NCBI GenBank assembly: GCA_963514005.1 | Contig: OY740781.1 | Span: forward strand, 98,208,001 to 98,272,000 | Reading direction: 5' to 3' | Origin: Raja brachyura | Lineage: Eukaryota | DNA length: 64,000 nucleotides | The notes under the pieces: model-generated | Seen by the model: only the letters and a program-made list of their open reading frames with translations | Databases searched by the model: none | Told to the model about the DNA's origin: nothing | Position numbers and translations under genes: made by a program | Shown: positions 1 to 10,714 of the stretch, piece after piece | Numbering within the stretch: position 1 is the first letter of the stretch | How the letters are laid out: each line of letters starts with the position of its first letter

Positions 1-629
1 CAAAGTATATGCTCTCCCACCAGTTACAGGAGCTAGCTATGTATAAAGCAGCAAAAAAACTATGAAGCTCCTGTTAATTGTGATCTCCTGAAGGTACCGG
101 TGGTTAAACACCAAATTTGGTCACAGTTGGATATGCCAGCTAGGGCCCAGGAGATGAAATTCCAAAAAGTGCTCAAACTGTTGTCGGCAGGTGTCACGGC
201 TTTTGTGAAAGTTATAGATACAGGGAATATGTTTGAAGCACACCAGGATACACTTGGATTCTTTTGTAGTGCATTTTTTGAAATTAATAATATCAGGAGG
301 GTCGCTATAAGGCCAGTGATTAATCCTAACTTGGCGAGTTTGTGCAAACCGACCAGTGTACCGCCACGAAATCTGCTGTTTGGAGGTAACCTTGCAAAAA
401 GGGTAAAAGACTGTCATGAAGATATTAAAACCATGGCCCTCATTAAGCCAGCTGGCAAACAAGGCAAGAGGTTTTCCCTTATCGGAAAGGCACTAGTGTG
501 GATGCAGGAGAAGGAACCAGCCGTTCAGGTCTTCAATATCGGAACTGGCAGGCTGCCACCGGTATGAAGGGGAAGGTGCCTTTCTCTACAAGAGGTCGTG
601 GACAACAAGGTCAGCAAGGACAGATTCAG
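1..629 (+). pseudogene. DIRS gag-like ORF1, 3' part (1-bp frameshift near 476)
   Basis: ORFs 100..567 and the start of 498..1022 align with copy 2 ORFs 13734..14240 and 14277..14612. Confidence 0.8.
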
Positions 630-2070
630 GTAAAGAATATACCGTTGACAGACAATGAATTAACTAATGTTGCTGTTGAAATTGGGGGAAGTTTAAAATT
701 GTTTCTCAAACAATGGCATGAGTTGACATCAGATTTGTTTATACTTAGCTGTATTGAAGGGGTGAAAATTGAATTTTACTCTAATGACAGTCCACCTAAT
801 CAACATATTCCTAGTCGGAAACTTATATTTTCAGATGAAGAAAATGTGCTTATTCAAGCAGAGATTCAGTCATTATATAAGAAAGGGGTAATTGAGACTT
901 CAGTCTGTCAAAGTCGACAATTTGTGTCAAGTATATTTCCCAGATCAAAATGGCATTTCAAAATGGAAACCTTGACCATGGCCAAACATCCAAATGGTGT
1001 TATATGGCAAGCATTGTTTTAAAGGATGTGTATTACTCAGTGTCTACTCATGGTGATGATAGAAGATATTTGAAATTTATTTGGCTGGCTCAGTTGTGAC
1101 AATTCAAGGCATTGCCTAATTGATTAACTTCAGTTCCTAGACTATTTACTAAATTGGTAAAACCTGTGTTAGCATTACTCAGAGCTCAGGGGCATGAGGT
1201 AATGGCCTATTTCGATGATATTCTGATTGTTGGAAAGACTCATGCTGAAGCTCAGTCATCAGTTCCAGTAGTTAAATTCATTTTTGAGCAATTGGTGTTT
1301 GTCGTTCATCCAGATAAATCTAAATTATCACCAGTCCAAATCATTGATTATTTGGGATTTACCATAAACTCAAATGACATGTTGGTAACTTTGCCCAGGG
1401 ATAAATTCGATCAGTTAATTGAGGACTGTGTTAATCTCCTTGGAGAACAACGGCCTTCAATTAGACAAGTAACCAGGTTGATTGGGAAGTTTGTTGCAGC
1501 ATTTCCAGCTGTGCGGTATTGTCCTCTACATTATCAACAAGTACAACAATCAAAGGAACAGGCACTGAGACTAGAAAGGGGCCATTTTGATAGGCCCATG
1601 CGGTTGTCAGTTGGGGCAATTTCTGACATACAATGGTGGATAGTAAATGTTTCAAAAGGTTTTAGGAAGGTTTTGGTGGAACCACCTTCAATGATATTAC
1701 AGGCTGATGTAAGTGTACTGGGTTGGGGTGCAACAGATATGTCTTCTAGTTGTGGAGGCAGATGGAATGTTGATTAGACATCCCTTCTTCAATTAAGAGG
1801 GATTAATTATTTAGAGTTGTTGGGAACCTGGTATGGGCTTAAAGCTTATTGTTCGACCAGGAGGGACTTGCATGTGCAGGTTCAGATTGACAATACCACA
1901 ACAGTGGCATATGTAAACCACATGGGTGGAGTCAAGTCACAGTCTTGTGATAGACTGGCTAACCAGATTTGGAGTTGGTGTATTGACAAAAATATCTGGC
2001 TTTCAGCAATTTATTTGCCAGGAAGATTCAACACTGTAGCTGACACTAGGTCATGTCAGTTCAATGACAA
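630..2070 (+). pseudogene. DIRS pol: reverse transcriptase + RNase H (stops and small deletions)
   Basis: Motifs IGGSLKLFLKQW, HFKME, AYFDDILI (YxDD), DYLGF, QADVSVLGWGA, INYLEL, QIDNTTTVAYVN. About 60 bp is missing near 948 relative to copy 2. Confidence 0.9.
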
Positions 2071-2491
2071 CATAGAATGGATGTTAAATCAGGATGTATT
2101 TAATCAAGTGATTGTTCAGTATGGAATGCCAGATATTGACTTGTTTGCATCTAGGTTAAATCATCAGTTGCCCAGATATGTTTCATGGGAACCAGATCCT
2201 GGTGCAGCAGTGGTGGATGCGTTCTCGCTGCATTGGGGAGGAATGTTTGTGTATGCATTTCCTCCATTCTGTCTCATCAGTACATGTTTGCAAAAGATAA
2301 AGCAGGACACTGCTTCAGGGGTATTGGTAGTGCCAGATTGGCCTACACAAGTGTGGTTTCCTCTTGTATTACAAATGGTGAGGGAGCATCACATAAGTAT
2401 TCCCAAGAATAAAAATCTACTGGTGAATCCAGTAACTGGGGATCAACATCCTTTACATGATCATATTCATCTGTTGATTTGCAGATTTTAA
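2071..2491 (+). pseudogene. DIRS phage-Dam-like DNA N6-adenine methyltransferase domain (C-terminus of pol)
   Basis: EWML...PDIDLFASRLN...DAFSLHW...YAFPPF...LVVPDWPTQVWF in ORF 1817..2491. This domain is characteristic of DIRS1 pol. Confidence 0.85.
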
Positions 2492-3440
2492 GGAGGCCAT
2501 ACATGGGGAGAGGACTGTCTGATCGTACTGTGGATGTTCTCACGTTGGCTTGCAGGGATAGTACACAGAAGCAATATATCACCTTGATAAGGAAGTGGGA
2601 GCAATTCTGTCTACAGCAGAATATCTCATATCAAACTGCAGGGATCACAGATGTATTGGAGTTTTTGTCAACTCTTTATTTCGACCTAAAATTAAGTTGC
2701 AGTGTGATCAATTCAGCCAGAAGTGCTCTGTCTTCTTATTTACCCATGAATTCAGAATTGCATACAGTAGGGACACCTCCATTAGTTTCTCAATTCATGA
2801 AGGGAGTTTTCAATTGTAATCCTCCTAAACCCAGGTATGCCGGTATTTGGAATGTGAGTGAAGTTCTTATGCTTCTTCGCCAGTGGGCTCCTGTTGCAAG
2901 CCTATCTATAGCCAAATTAACTATGAAGGTGGTCATGCTTATGGCGTTGGTTTCAGCCCAACGTGTACAAACATTGCAAAAGCTTCGGCTAGGTAGAATG
3001 CATGTGTCGGCAGATGCCATTATATTTTATGTCTATGATTTGTTTAAACATAGTAGAAGAGGCATGACAGGATGTAAGATTGTGTTTTCAGCATTCCCCA
3101 CAGATGATCGCTTGTGTGTAGTCTCACATTTATCTCATTACATTGAGGTCACTAAAGCTCTAAGAGGAACAGAGCCTGCATTATTTATTAGTCACAAAAA
3201 AACACATAGAAAGGTGTCGGTGCAAACAATTTTAAGGTGGCTAAAGCAGGTTCTGGGAAGTGCTGGAATTGATACTGATAAATTCAAATCTCATTCCACC
3301 AGGGCGGCATCAACTTCCGCGGCAAGGGCGATGGACGTGCCTATAGTCCAGTGGGCTGTCCTTTCAAAGGTTTTATCACGCTGATTTCAAGGCTGGGGGT
3401 GTTATTATTGATGCATTATTAATTGTTAATGACTTTTAAG
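2479..3440 (+). pseudogene. DIRS tyrosine recombinase (C-terminus deleted/frameshifted)
   Basis: ORF 2479..3384 has SAQRVQTL (catalytic R), LCVV and KSHSTRAAS (HxxR). The FQRFYH motif with the Tyr nucleophile (3362-3379) lies in another frame. Confidence 0.9.
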
Positions 3441-3502
3441 TCAATCGATGCAGTGTGAACGCCGGATTTGGGTCTGCGGCGTGAAATCACAGTGCTTTGA
3501 AG

Positions 3503-3826
3503 TCTTCACGTTGTCACGTTCCGAAGTAAAATAGTATGATTAAATGAGAACTTACTAGTTTGAAGTTTGATCTTTATTTTATGAGTTGAGTTGAGGGACT
3601 ACGTGCCCTCCGCTCCCACCCTCGTAGATCTCAGCTGGTAGTTCTAGTCTTTGTTATTTTACCATCATACTTCAGTCATTGTTAACTGTGAATTCACTTC
3701 GCTGCTTTGAAGATTGACGCACCAACGGCTGTACGGGGTTCTTCACATAGTACCTCAACTCGACTCCTCATAAAATAAAGATCAAACTTCAAACTGGCAA
3801 GTTCTCATTTAATCTTACTATTTTAC
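3503..3826. repeat. DIRS copy 1 internal complementary region and right ITR/extension
   Basis: About 80-bp inverted arms at 3526-3605 and 3744-3826. Confidence 0.9.
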
Positions 3827-4019
3827 CCCAGACCAAATCTAAACCATTGACATTTCCAAGCCATGCTTCATTTTCAATATTTATTCACTACTGTGAGCTA
3901 TGTTGCTTTATTAAGCTGGCTTGAATGCCAGGCTAGATTTAACGCCGAATATCATTTTTTTCCCTTGAGAATCAGGTGAGCTTACAGTAGAATTTGTTAA
4001 TAAAATCTTTTTATGTTTA

Positions 4020-4170
4020 GTTTAGCTTTTGTTTAGTTTAGGGAAACAAGCCATCCAGATCCGCGGCGACCAGCGATCCCCACATATGAACACTATCCTA
4101 CAACCACTAAGGACAATGTTTACATTTACCAAGCCAATTAACCTACATACCTGTACGTCTTTGGAGTGGT
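4020..4170 (-). mobile_element. HE1/V-SINE-like SINE, 3' part
   Basis: Matches 17040-17200 (accaagccaattaacctacatacctg..cgtctttggagtg) and has a gtttagttta tail. Confidence 0.75.
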
Positions 4171-4285
4171 TGTCCTAAGAACTAAGAGCTAATTTTATGT
4201 TAGGTGTATTTGTGGTAGAGAAATACAACTTTGAAATTAATGAAAGTCAGCACCTGGATAAGCAGTCCAGATAATCCATTCTGCA

Positions 4286-4622
4286 GCATAGAAAAATAGG
4301 TGCAGGAGGAGGGCATTCGGCCCTTAAAGCCATTCAATATGATAATGGCTGATCATCTAAAATCAATAATCCATTCCTGCTTTTTCCCCATATCCTTTGA
4401 TTCTTTTAGCTCTAAGAGTTAAATCAAACTCTCCCTTGAATACATTCAGTGAGTTGGCCTCCACTGCCTTCCGGCAGAGAATTCCACAGATACACAACTC
4501 TCTGGGTGAAGAAATTTTTCCTCATAGTCCTAAATGGCCTACCCCTTATTCTTAAACTGCGACCCCTAGTTCTGGGAACATTTTTCCTGCATTTAGCCTG
4601 TCAAATCCTTTAAGAATTTTAT
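4286..4622 (-). mobile_element. CR1 LINE 3' fragment
   Basis: catagaaaaataggtgcaggag... is the reverse complement of the CR1 tail at 50090-50205. Confidence 0.85.
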
Positions 4623-4639
4623 GTGATAACTGCTGTGCC

Positions 4640-5060
4640 TTTGCTACATGCATCCTTAATTTTTTGATTGATGCTAACCCCAACCTCCCTACTGCTGTTT
4701 GGTGGTCTGTACAGCACTCCAACATGTGTTTTCTGCCCTTGGCTCTTTCACAGTTCTACCCATACTGATTCTAAAGAATCCAAGCTAATGTCTCTCCTTA
4801 CTTTTGCATTAATCTCCTCTTTAACCAGCAATACCACCCCACCTAATTTTCATTTCTGTCTATCCGTCCTGAACATTAAATACCCCTGTATATTTAGCTC
4901 CCAGTCTTGGTCACCCTGGGCCATATCCCCGTATTTCCAACAATATCATATTCCTTAACTACTGACTGCGCATTCAATTCATCCACCTTATTACGAATGC
5001 TCCTCGCATTAAGGCACAAAGCTTTCAGGTTTGTTTTTCTTATCTCCCTTCTGCTGTTTG
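4640..5060 (-). mobile_element. CR1 LINE endonuclease-domain fragment
   Basis: LKALCLNARSIRNKVDEL...EYDIVG in ORF 4894..5244, the same motif as at 43713 onward. Confidence 0.85.
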
Positions 5061-5639
5061 CTTTTGTCCTCCTTTTATGACCCTTTATCTCCTTACATTG
5101 GTTCCCATCCCCCTGTCCTGTTGACAAACCAGAGCAGAACGTTGACATATTACTGAAGGTGTTCTTTCTCCTCAGATACTTCGGTAAGTTATGCAAATTC
5201 AATTGCATTTTAACGTATGTTACCTGTAAATGTCCCATTTTCATCTTTCACCTGTAATCTTGTGCATTTTCTTTCACCTTTAGATCCGTACCAAGCACAA
5301 GATTATCTTTGGGAACGCTCCTCCTGAAGATCCAGTATCAAAAATTCTCTGCATGTCACTGGTGTACAGGATAGTGTTCATATGCGGGGATGACACTGAC
5401 TCAGATACCAGGTATGGTGGCATGGTGATCAAGTAAATGAATCAACATCCAAAGACCAGGACTATTAATCCAGGGACATTAGTTGGTATCCCATCATGAC
5501 AGATATTGGCAATGTCCTTCAAGGACAATTGTTTCTTAAATTCAATTTCAGGATACATGGGATCCAAAGTTCTCAAACAAAAAAAAGGTCATGTATTGAA
5601 TTTGAGAGTTTTATAGCTGGTGACTCGCGGAACAAGAAT

Positions 5640-5880
5640 TAGAGAGTCATAGAGCTGTTTCCTCAGCCCACCTTATCCAGGCTGACCAATTAGGCATACA
5701 GGGCCAGTTCCTTTTGCCTGCATTTAGCCCATATCCCTCTAATCCTTCCTATCCATGTATTTCTCCAAATACCTTTTAAAAGCTGTAATTGTATCCGTGT
5801 CATTATCCTCCTATGGCTGCTCATTCCAGATATGTACTACCCTCTGAGTGAAAAAGTCCACCTGAAGTGTCCCTTAATCA
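5640..5880 (-). mobile_element. Old CR1 3' fragment
   Basis: Degenerate reverse complement of a CR1 tail (agagtcatagag...cttcctatccatgtatttctccaaatacc). Confidence 0.6.
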
Positions 5881-7579
5881 GTGAGGGGAGTCCTAAAGTG
5901 AGAGAGACTATCGCATCATAGTCTTCCCACATTTCTCCTGAGAAGGGCATAGCTCAAGTCTTCATCAACACAGCCATGAAAATAACTAACAATACAGTTA
6001 CAATACAATACAATACAGTTGTTTGAGGTAATAGTAAGTCTGCAAATTAATTTTACAGCATTGGGTATCAGAATGAAGAGACCATCTGTGGAAAGCTCCA
6101 TAGATCTCGCAAACAAACCCGCACCTCCAGAATCTACGCTTTGGCACATTTGGTAAAGGCTGACACATATGCCAGTCTGAGCCAAACGTCTAGCATTTAC
6201 AAGCAGTTGATGCCACAAGATAGACTGGTGGATTGAACAGAAGGAGATTTAAGAATGTGTTCACCTTCCATAGATTGCCTCTCCTTTGAGGAATAGAAGA
6301 GGTTAAATGCCTGCCCTACTGGAATGATGTAAAGCATTGGGATCAGTATCTGTTTCTACTGCACATTAACATATTATCTTCATCTCCAACCTGCTCTAAC
6401 CTAGTGTTCCAAGATCTGAATAGCATAGTTTAAACTTAGGAGCAGCATTCCATACCCAAACCCTCACAAGTTTGAGCATGCAGTAAAAACAAGATTAAGT
6501 GTAAAGACATTAGGCTGGGTGCCTTAGACAATCTGCACTTTATACTAACTACTAGATCCGCTACTAGCTCGCTATCAACAGAGCTGCATCTACTGATGAA
6601 CATTGCTGATGTTAATTACATCATTTACGCAGGAGAAGCCAGCCATTACTGGAAGGCCACAGGCTCTTTCACATTAACTGCTTATGTTAATAAATAGGCT
6701 GAAGTTTGTACTGACCCTTATTCAGTTTGTCAGCTTAAAAGATGTGGCTAATGCCACAGATCTTCATGGAATGGAGCCATTGATGTATTAAATTCTGTGG
6801 TAGAGGTGCCATTATGCTGGGATGTTGTGAACCCATTGTCCAGCAAAAAGCCTTGCATGTTACAAGAAATGGCAGAGATCCACTGCAGTATGTCTGCCTC
6901 ACCATTCACTGCTCCTCAGCTTGGAAGAAGGTGAGTCCTTGCCTCTCAATCCACAGCATTGAATATGCTATTCAGACTATTTACCTGATATATGCTGAGA
7001 TTCTGGTGCTGGTGGCTTCTGTTGCTTTTCCCTTCTTTTGATCAGGCTCATTTCAGAAAATATACAAGAATGGCCCCTTCATGAAGAACTAGGAAGAAAG
7101 GCAATTAACAAGTCACAGGCTTAAAGCAGGCAAACTATCTGGGGAAGCATACAATAACATATCCTGCCATCTCATGAGCTGCAGCTGAGCACCACCATTA
7201 TATGGTTTCACCAGGCCTCAGATACCAACCCCAGCCTTTTATTCTGAAAGGTATCGGAATGGATGGAACATTTGTAATCTTGAGTTAAAATCTTGTTTGG
7301 TGTGCGCATGGAAACTTTGGATTATGACCTTTTCAATCAGGACCGTGTTTGTTCAGGACAGGCACCTGACCCAAGGCTGGAATCTCACAGAGAGAGGAAT
7401 AATGCAGGAAGGGAACACCCAGATATAATATAACCACTTTCCCCATCTTTCCCTGCCAAATGACCAGAGATGAAATTAGTATGTGTAAAGCATATTGACT
7501 TAAAGAAAATGTATTCAGGTATATTTTTAGGAAGGTCTCTAAACAACCAGAAAGCACCATTACCCATGTAATTATTCAG

Positions 7580-8028
7580 GTATTCTCTGTGCACGGACAT
7601 TCCTAAACTTGCATTGCAAGTACTGGGATAGCATTAAAAAGGGCCATTTGTTGCCTCCCATGGAGGATGCCTGTGCTTGAATTTGTTTAACGTAGGGAGA
7701 CTGGTGCACAGACGGCCTTCACACAGTCCTTGACAGATCTGGGTTAGAATCCAGTGGCATTGAGTCCAAGATAACCTGGGACCCTTTTCTGCTGAAGCCT
7801 TCATCTGCCTTCCCAGTGGTTTTAATGCTCCACTGAAGTCAGCCATCATCCTTTGCCTGTCCCACCATTGAGGTCTTGGTTGGATTGGATTGTTCTTTGT
7901 CAGAGACCTCCCCCTCGACCTTACTGCCATGGGTGACCCTACCAGGAACATAGCTCCAGACGGCATAGCTCTCAGGATCTCGGGTCGCCTCGAGCTTCTC
8001 CACCACAGCAGGGTGACAATCCACGGAG
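7580..8028 (-). mobile_element. RTE-clade (BovB/Expander-like) 5' UTR fragment
   Basis: Minus strand reads ggattgtcaccctgctgtggtggagaag...gctatgttcctggtagggtcacccatggcagtaaggtc...tctgacaaag, recognised from memory as the RTE 5' domain. It ends near an NVR-like endonuclease start. Confidence 0.7.
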
Positions 8029-8619
8029 TAGTTAATATAACTTTTCACTCTGTGTTTGTTATTAGAATTTCAATTTACTGTTGAAAGAAAATGAGGTTAA
8101 TGTTTTTTTTTTAGTTTCTCAGAAATAAATGATAAAACCATTCCCAGTCCCATTGGAGTGCATTTGGTGCTGCCTTTTCAGCAACAGTCAGTGTGATAGA
8201 GAAGATAGTCCTCGGTGAACTGAATGGTGTATTCCTCACTGTGCAGGCGGAAATGTAATTGGAGTCTCTGCAGCAGAGATTTGAATGTACACTGGCCTAA
8301 TTAGTAGCGAAAAATTTATGTAAATCCATTCCAAAAATTCCCCTGTCGAATTTCCTGTGTCATTTGGCAATGTGGTTTTTGATTCACTGGGAAGCCTGCA
8401 AGCTGCTCTTTGAAGATCTTTTCTATTTAAAGTAAGATTGCCATATTATTAACATCTTCTTGGAAGTGCTTGCTTTCACTTCAATTATAAGTTTTGGATT
8501 TATTCTTCTTTTGGCTGCTTGCTTCAGTTTAGCTTGGTTTTAACAGTCCTTTACAAGTGTCTCCTATATTAGCTTTATATATATGCATGCATGTTGCATC
8601 ATTTGTGACTGATTTGATC

Positions 8620-8965
8620 ACATGATGAAGAAGGCATACAGTATGGTGTGCTTCTATTCATTAGTCAGGACATTGAGTACAAGAGTCAGGAAGTCATGAT
8701 GCAGCTTTAGAAGATTTTGGTTAGGCTGCATTTGGGCTATTGCATGCAGTTCTTGTCGCTCTGTTACAAGAAGTTAGTGGATGCTTTGGAAAGTTTGCAG
8801 AGGAGGTTTATTTGAATGATGCCAGCATTAAAGGTTATTAGCCACAGGGAAAGATTGAACAGTTTGTTTTCTCTGGAACTTGATAGAAGCATATAATATT
8901 CAGAGATAATCAGATGCTAGGTGTATATAATATTATGAAAGGTATAAATAGGGTAGATAATCGGA
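8620..8965 (+). mobile_element. Old CR1 RT C-terminal fragment
   Basis: Degenerate match to 45800-46130 (aagaaggcat...cattgagtacaagagt). Confidence 0.7.
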
Positions 8966-8984
8966 GAGCTGTTCCCACACTTCT

Positions 8985-9290
8985 ATCAGGTCTGATTATT
9001 TCTCAACATTATATGCTTTTATCGTCACTTCTCAGTCTCTGATACTCCAGAGAAAACAGTCCAAATTCGGCTAACCTTTGGATCTAGCTGTATAGCTAAA
9101 ACTCTCTAATCCAGGCAGCATCTGGGTGAATCTCTTCTGCACCCATTTCAAAGTATCCACAACAGTCCTGTAATGCGGTGACCAGAATTACACACCATAC
9201 TCCAAATGTGCCCCAACCAAACTGTTAAAAAGTTGCAATATGACTTCAAAATTTTTTTACTCATGTCCTGACTGATAAAGTTAAGTATTG
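8985..9290 (-). mobile_element. Old CR1 RT C-terminal fragment (opposite orientation)
   Basis: ggtgaccagaattacacaccatactccaaatgtg is the reverse complement of the HLEYGVQFWSP-coding region. Confidence 0.7.
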
Positions 9291-9294
9291 GTTA

Positions 9295-10030
9295 TAGAAA
9301 CATAGAAAATAGGTGCAGGAGTAGGCCAATCGGCCCTTTGTGCCAGCATCATATGATCATGGCTGATCAACCAAAATCAGTACCCTGTTCTGGCTATTTC
9401 CCTATATCCATTGATTCCATTAGCCCTAAGAGTTAAATCTAACTCTCTTGAAAACAAGCAGTGAATTGGCCTCCACTGCCTTCGGGGCAGAAAATTCCAC
9501 AGATTCACAACTCTCTGAGTGAAAACATATTTCCTCATCACGGTCCTAAATGGGCAACCTCTTATTCTTAAACTGTGACCCCTGGTTCTGGACTCTTCCA
9601 ACATCGGGAATATTTTTACTGCATCTACCCTGTCCAATCCTCCAAGAATTGTATGTTTCTACAAGATCTCTTCTCATCCTTCTAAGGCCCCTGCACAACT
9701 GCAGTAGGACCTCCTTGCTCCTAAACTCAAATCCTCTCACAACGACGGCCAACATGCCATTGGCTTTCTTCACTGCCTGCTGTACCTGCATGCATACTTT
9801 CAGTGACTGATGTACAAGCACCATCAGGTCTCGTTGCACCTACCCTTCTCCTAATCTGACACCGATCAGACAATAATCTGCCATTGTGTTCTTGCCACCA
9901 TAGTGGACAACCTCACATTTATCCACATTATACTGCATCTGCCATGCTTCTGCCCACTCGCCCAATCTATCCATGTCATCCTGCAGCCTCATACCATCCT
10001 CCTTGCAGCTCACACTGCCACCCAGCTTTC
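9295..10030 (-). mobile_element. CR1 LINE 3' portion with internal deletions
   Basis: ORFs 9546..9839 (QRDLMVLVHQSLKV...KKANGML) and 9377..9637 (RTRGHSLRI...FTQRVVNLWN). Tail tagaaacatagaaa. Confidence 0.9.
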
Positions 10031-10272
10031 GTCACCACCTTACCTAATGTGTTGCTACTTTCAGGGAGCTATGGGCTCGCACCCATGTTCCTTCTGGACA
10101 TCAATGCTGTTAAGGGTCATGTGATTTACTGCGTATTTTCCTCTTTCATTAGACCTCCAGGATGCAACACCTCATACATGTCCAGCTAAATTTCATCAGC
10201 CATTTCTCTATCCATACTCCCATTTGATTCATAAAATACTGTATTAACCTTCCAAGCAACATATTTTATTAA

Positions 10273-10390
10273 ACACACACACTATATATCTATATCTATA
10301 TATACACATATATATATACGCATACGCATACGCATACGCATACACATACACATATAAATATATACACATATATACATACATATATATACA
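10273..10390. repeat. Compound (TA)/(CA)/(CATACG) microsatellite
   Basis: Seen directly. Confidence 0.95.
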
Positions 10391-10714
10391 TGTGTGAACA
10401 AGGGACCCGTTGGGTCCCTTGTTCACACAGGAGTGCTGGTACCCCAAGACAATATTCCACCTCTCCACCAATTCCAATATGGGTGGCCAGCAGTGGGGAG
10501 GGGGGGTGGGGGCTTTGTGGAGCGCAAGTATGGGTGTTGTGGGCTGAAGGGACCAGTTTCTGAGGGCTAGTATGGGCTGTTGTGCTGGCAACTCACTCAC
10601 GGTGGGTGGGCTGACAGTTGACTCGTGGCTATTCCTTGAAATTCCATTTCAACCAGGGTGCAAGGCCACCAAATTCAAATGCAGTTTCCTACCATTTCAA
10701 GCAGGGTGTACAGC

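Larger units (their letters stand above)
1..3825 (+). mobile_element. DIRS1-type tyrosine-recombinase retrotransposon, copy 1 (5' end outside window; decayed)
   Basis: Domain order is gag-like, RT, RNase H, Dam-like methyltransferase, tyrosine recombinase. The ICR (3503-3605) is complementary to the right terminus (about 3744-3826). Colinear with copy 2 at 13071-16737. Confidence 0.95.

Noticed and set aside
1-3825. RT + adenine methyltransferase + phage-type integrase read as a novel prokaryotic retron, DGR or defence system
   Set aside because: The domain order and ITR/ICR ends are those of a known DIRS1 retrotransposon, and the context is vertebrate repeats.
8620-9290. Large inverted CR1 pair as a twin-priming product
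   Set aside because: Both arms cover the same CR1 region and are strongly diverged from each other. Two old independent fragments explain it equally well.
10244-10600. 118-aa ORF with a Tyr-rich tail
   Set aside because: It is a translation of a microsatellite plus the Helitron end.
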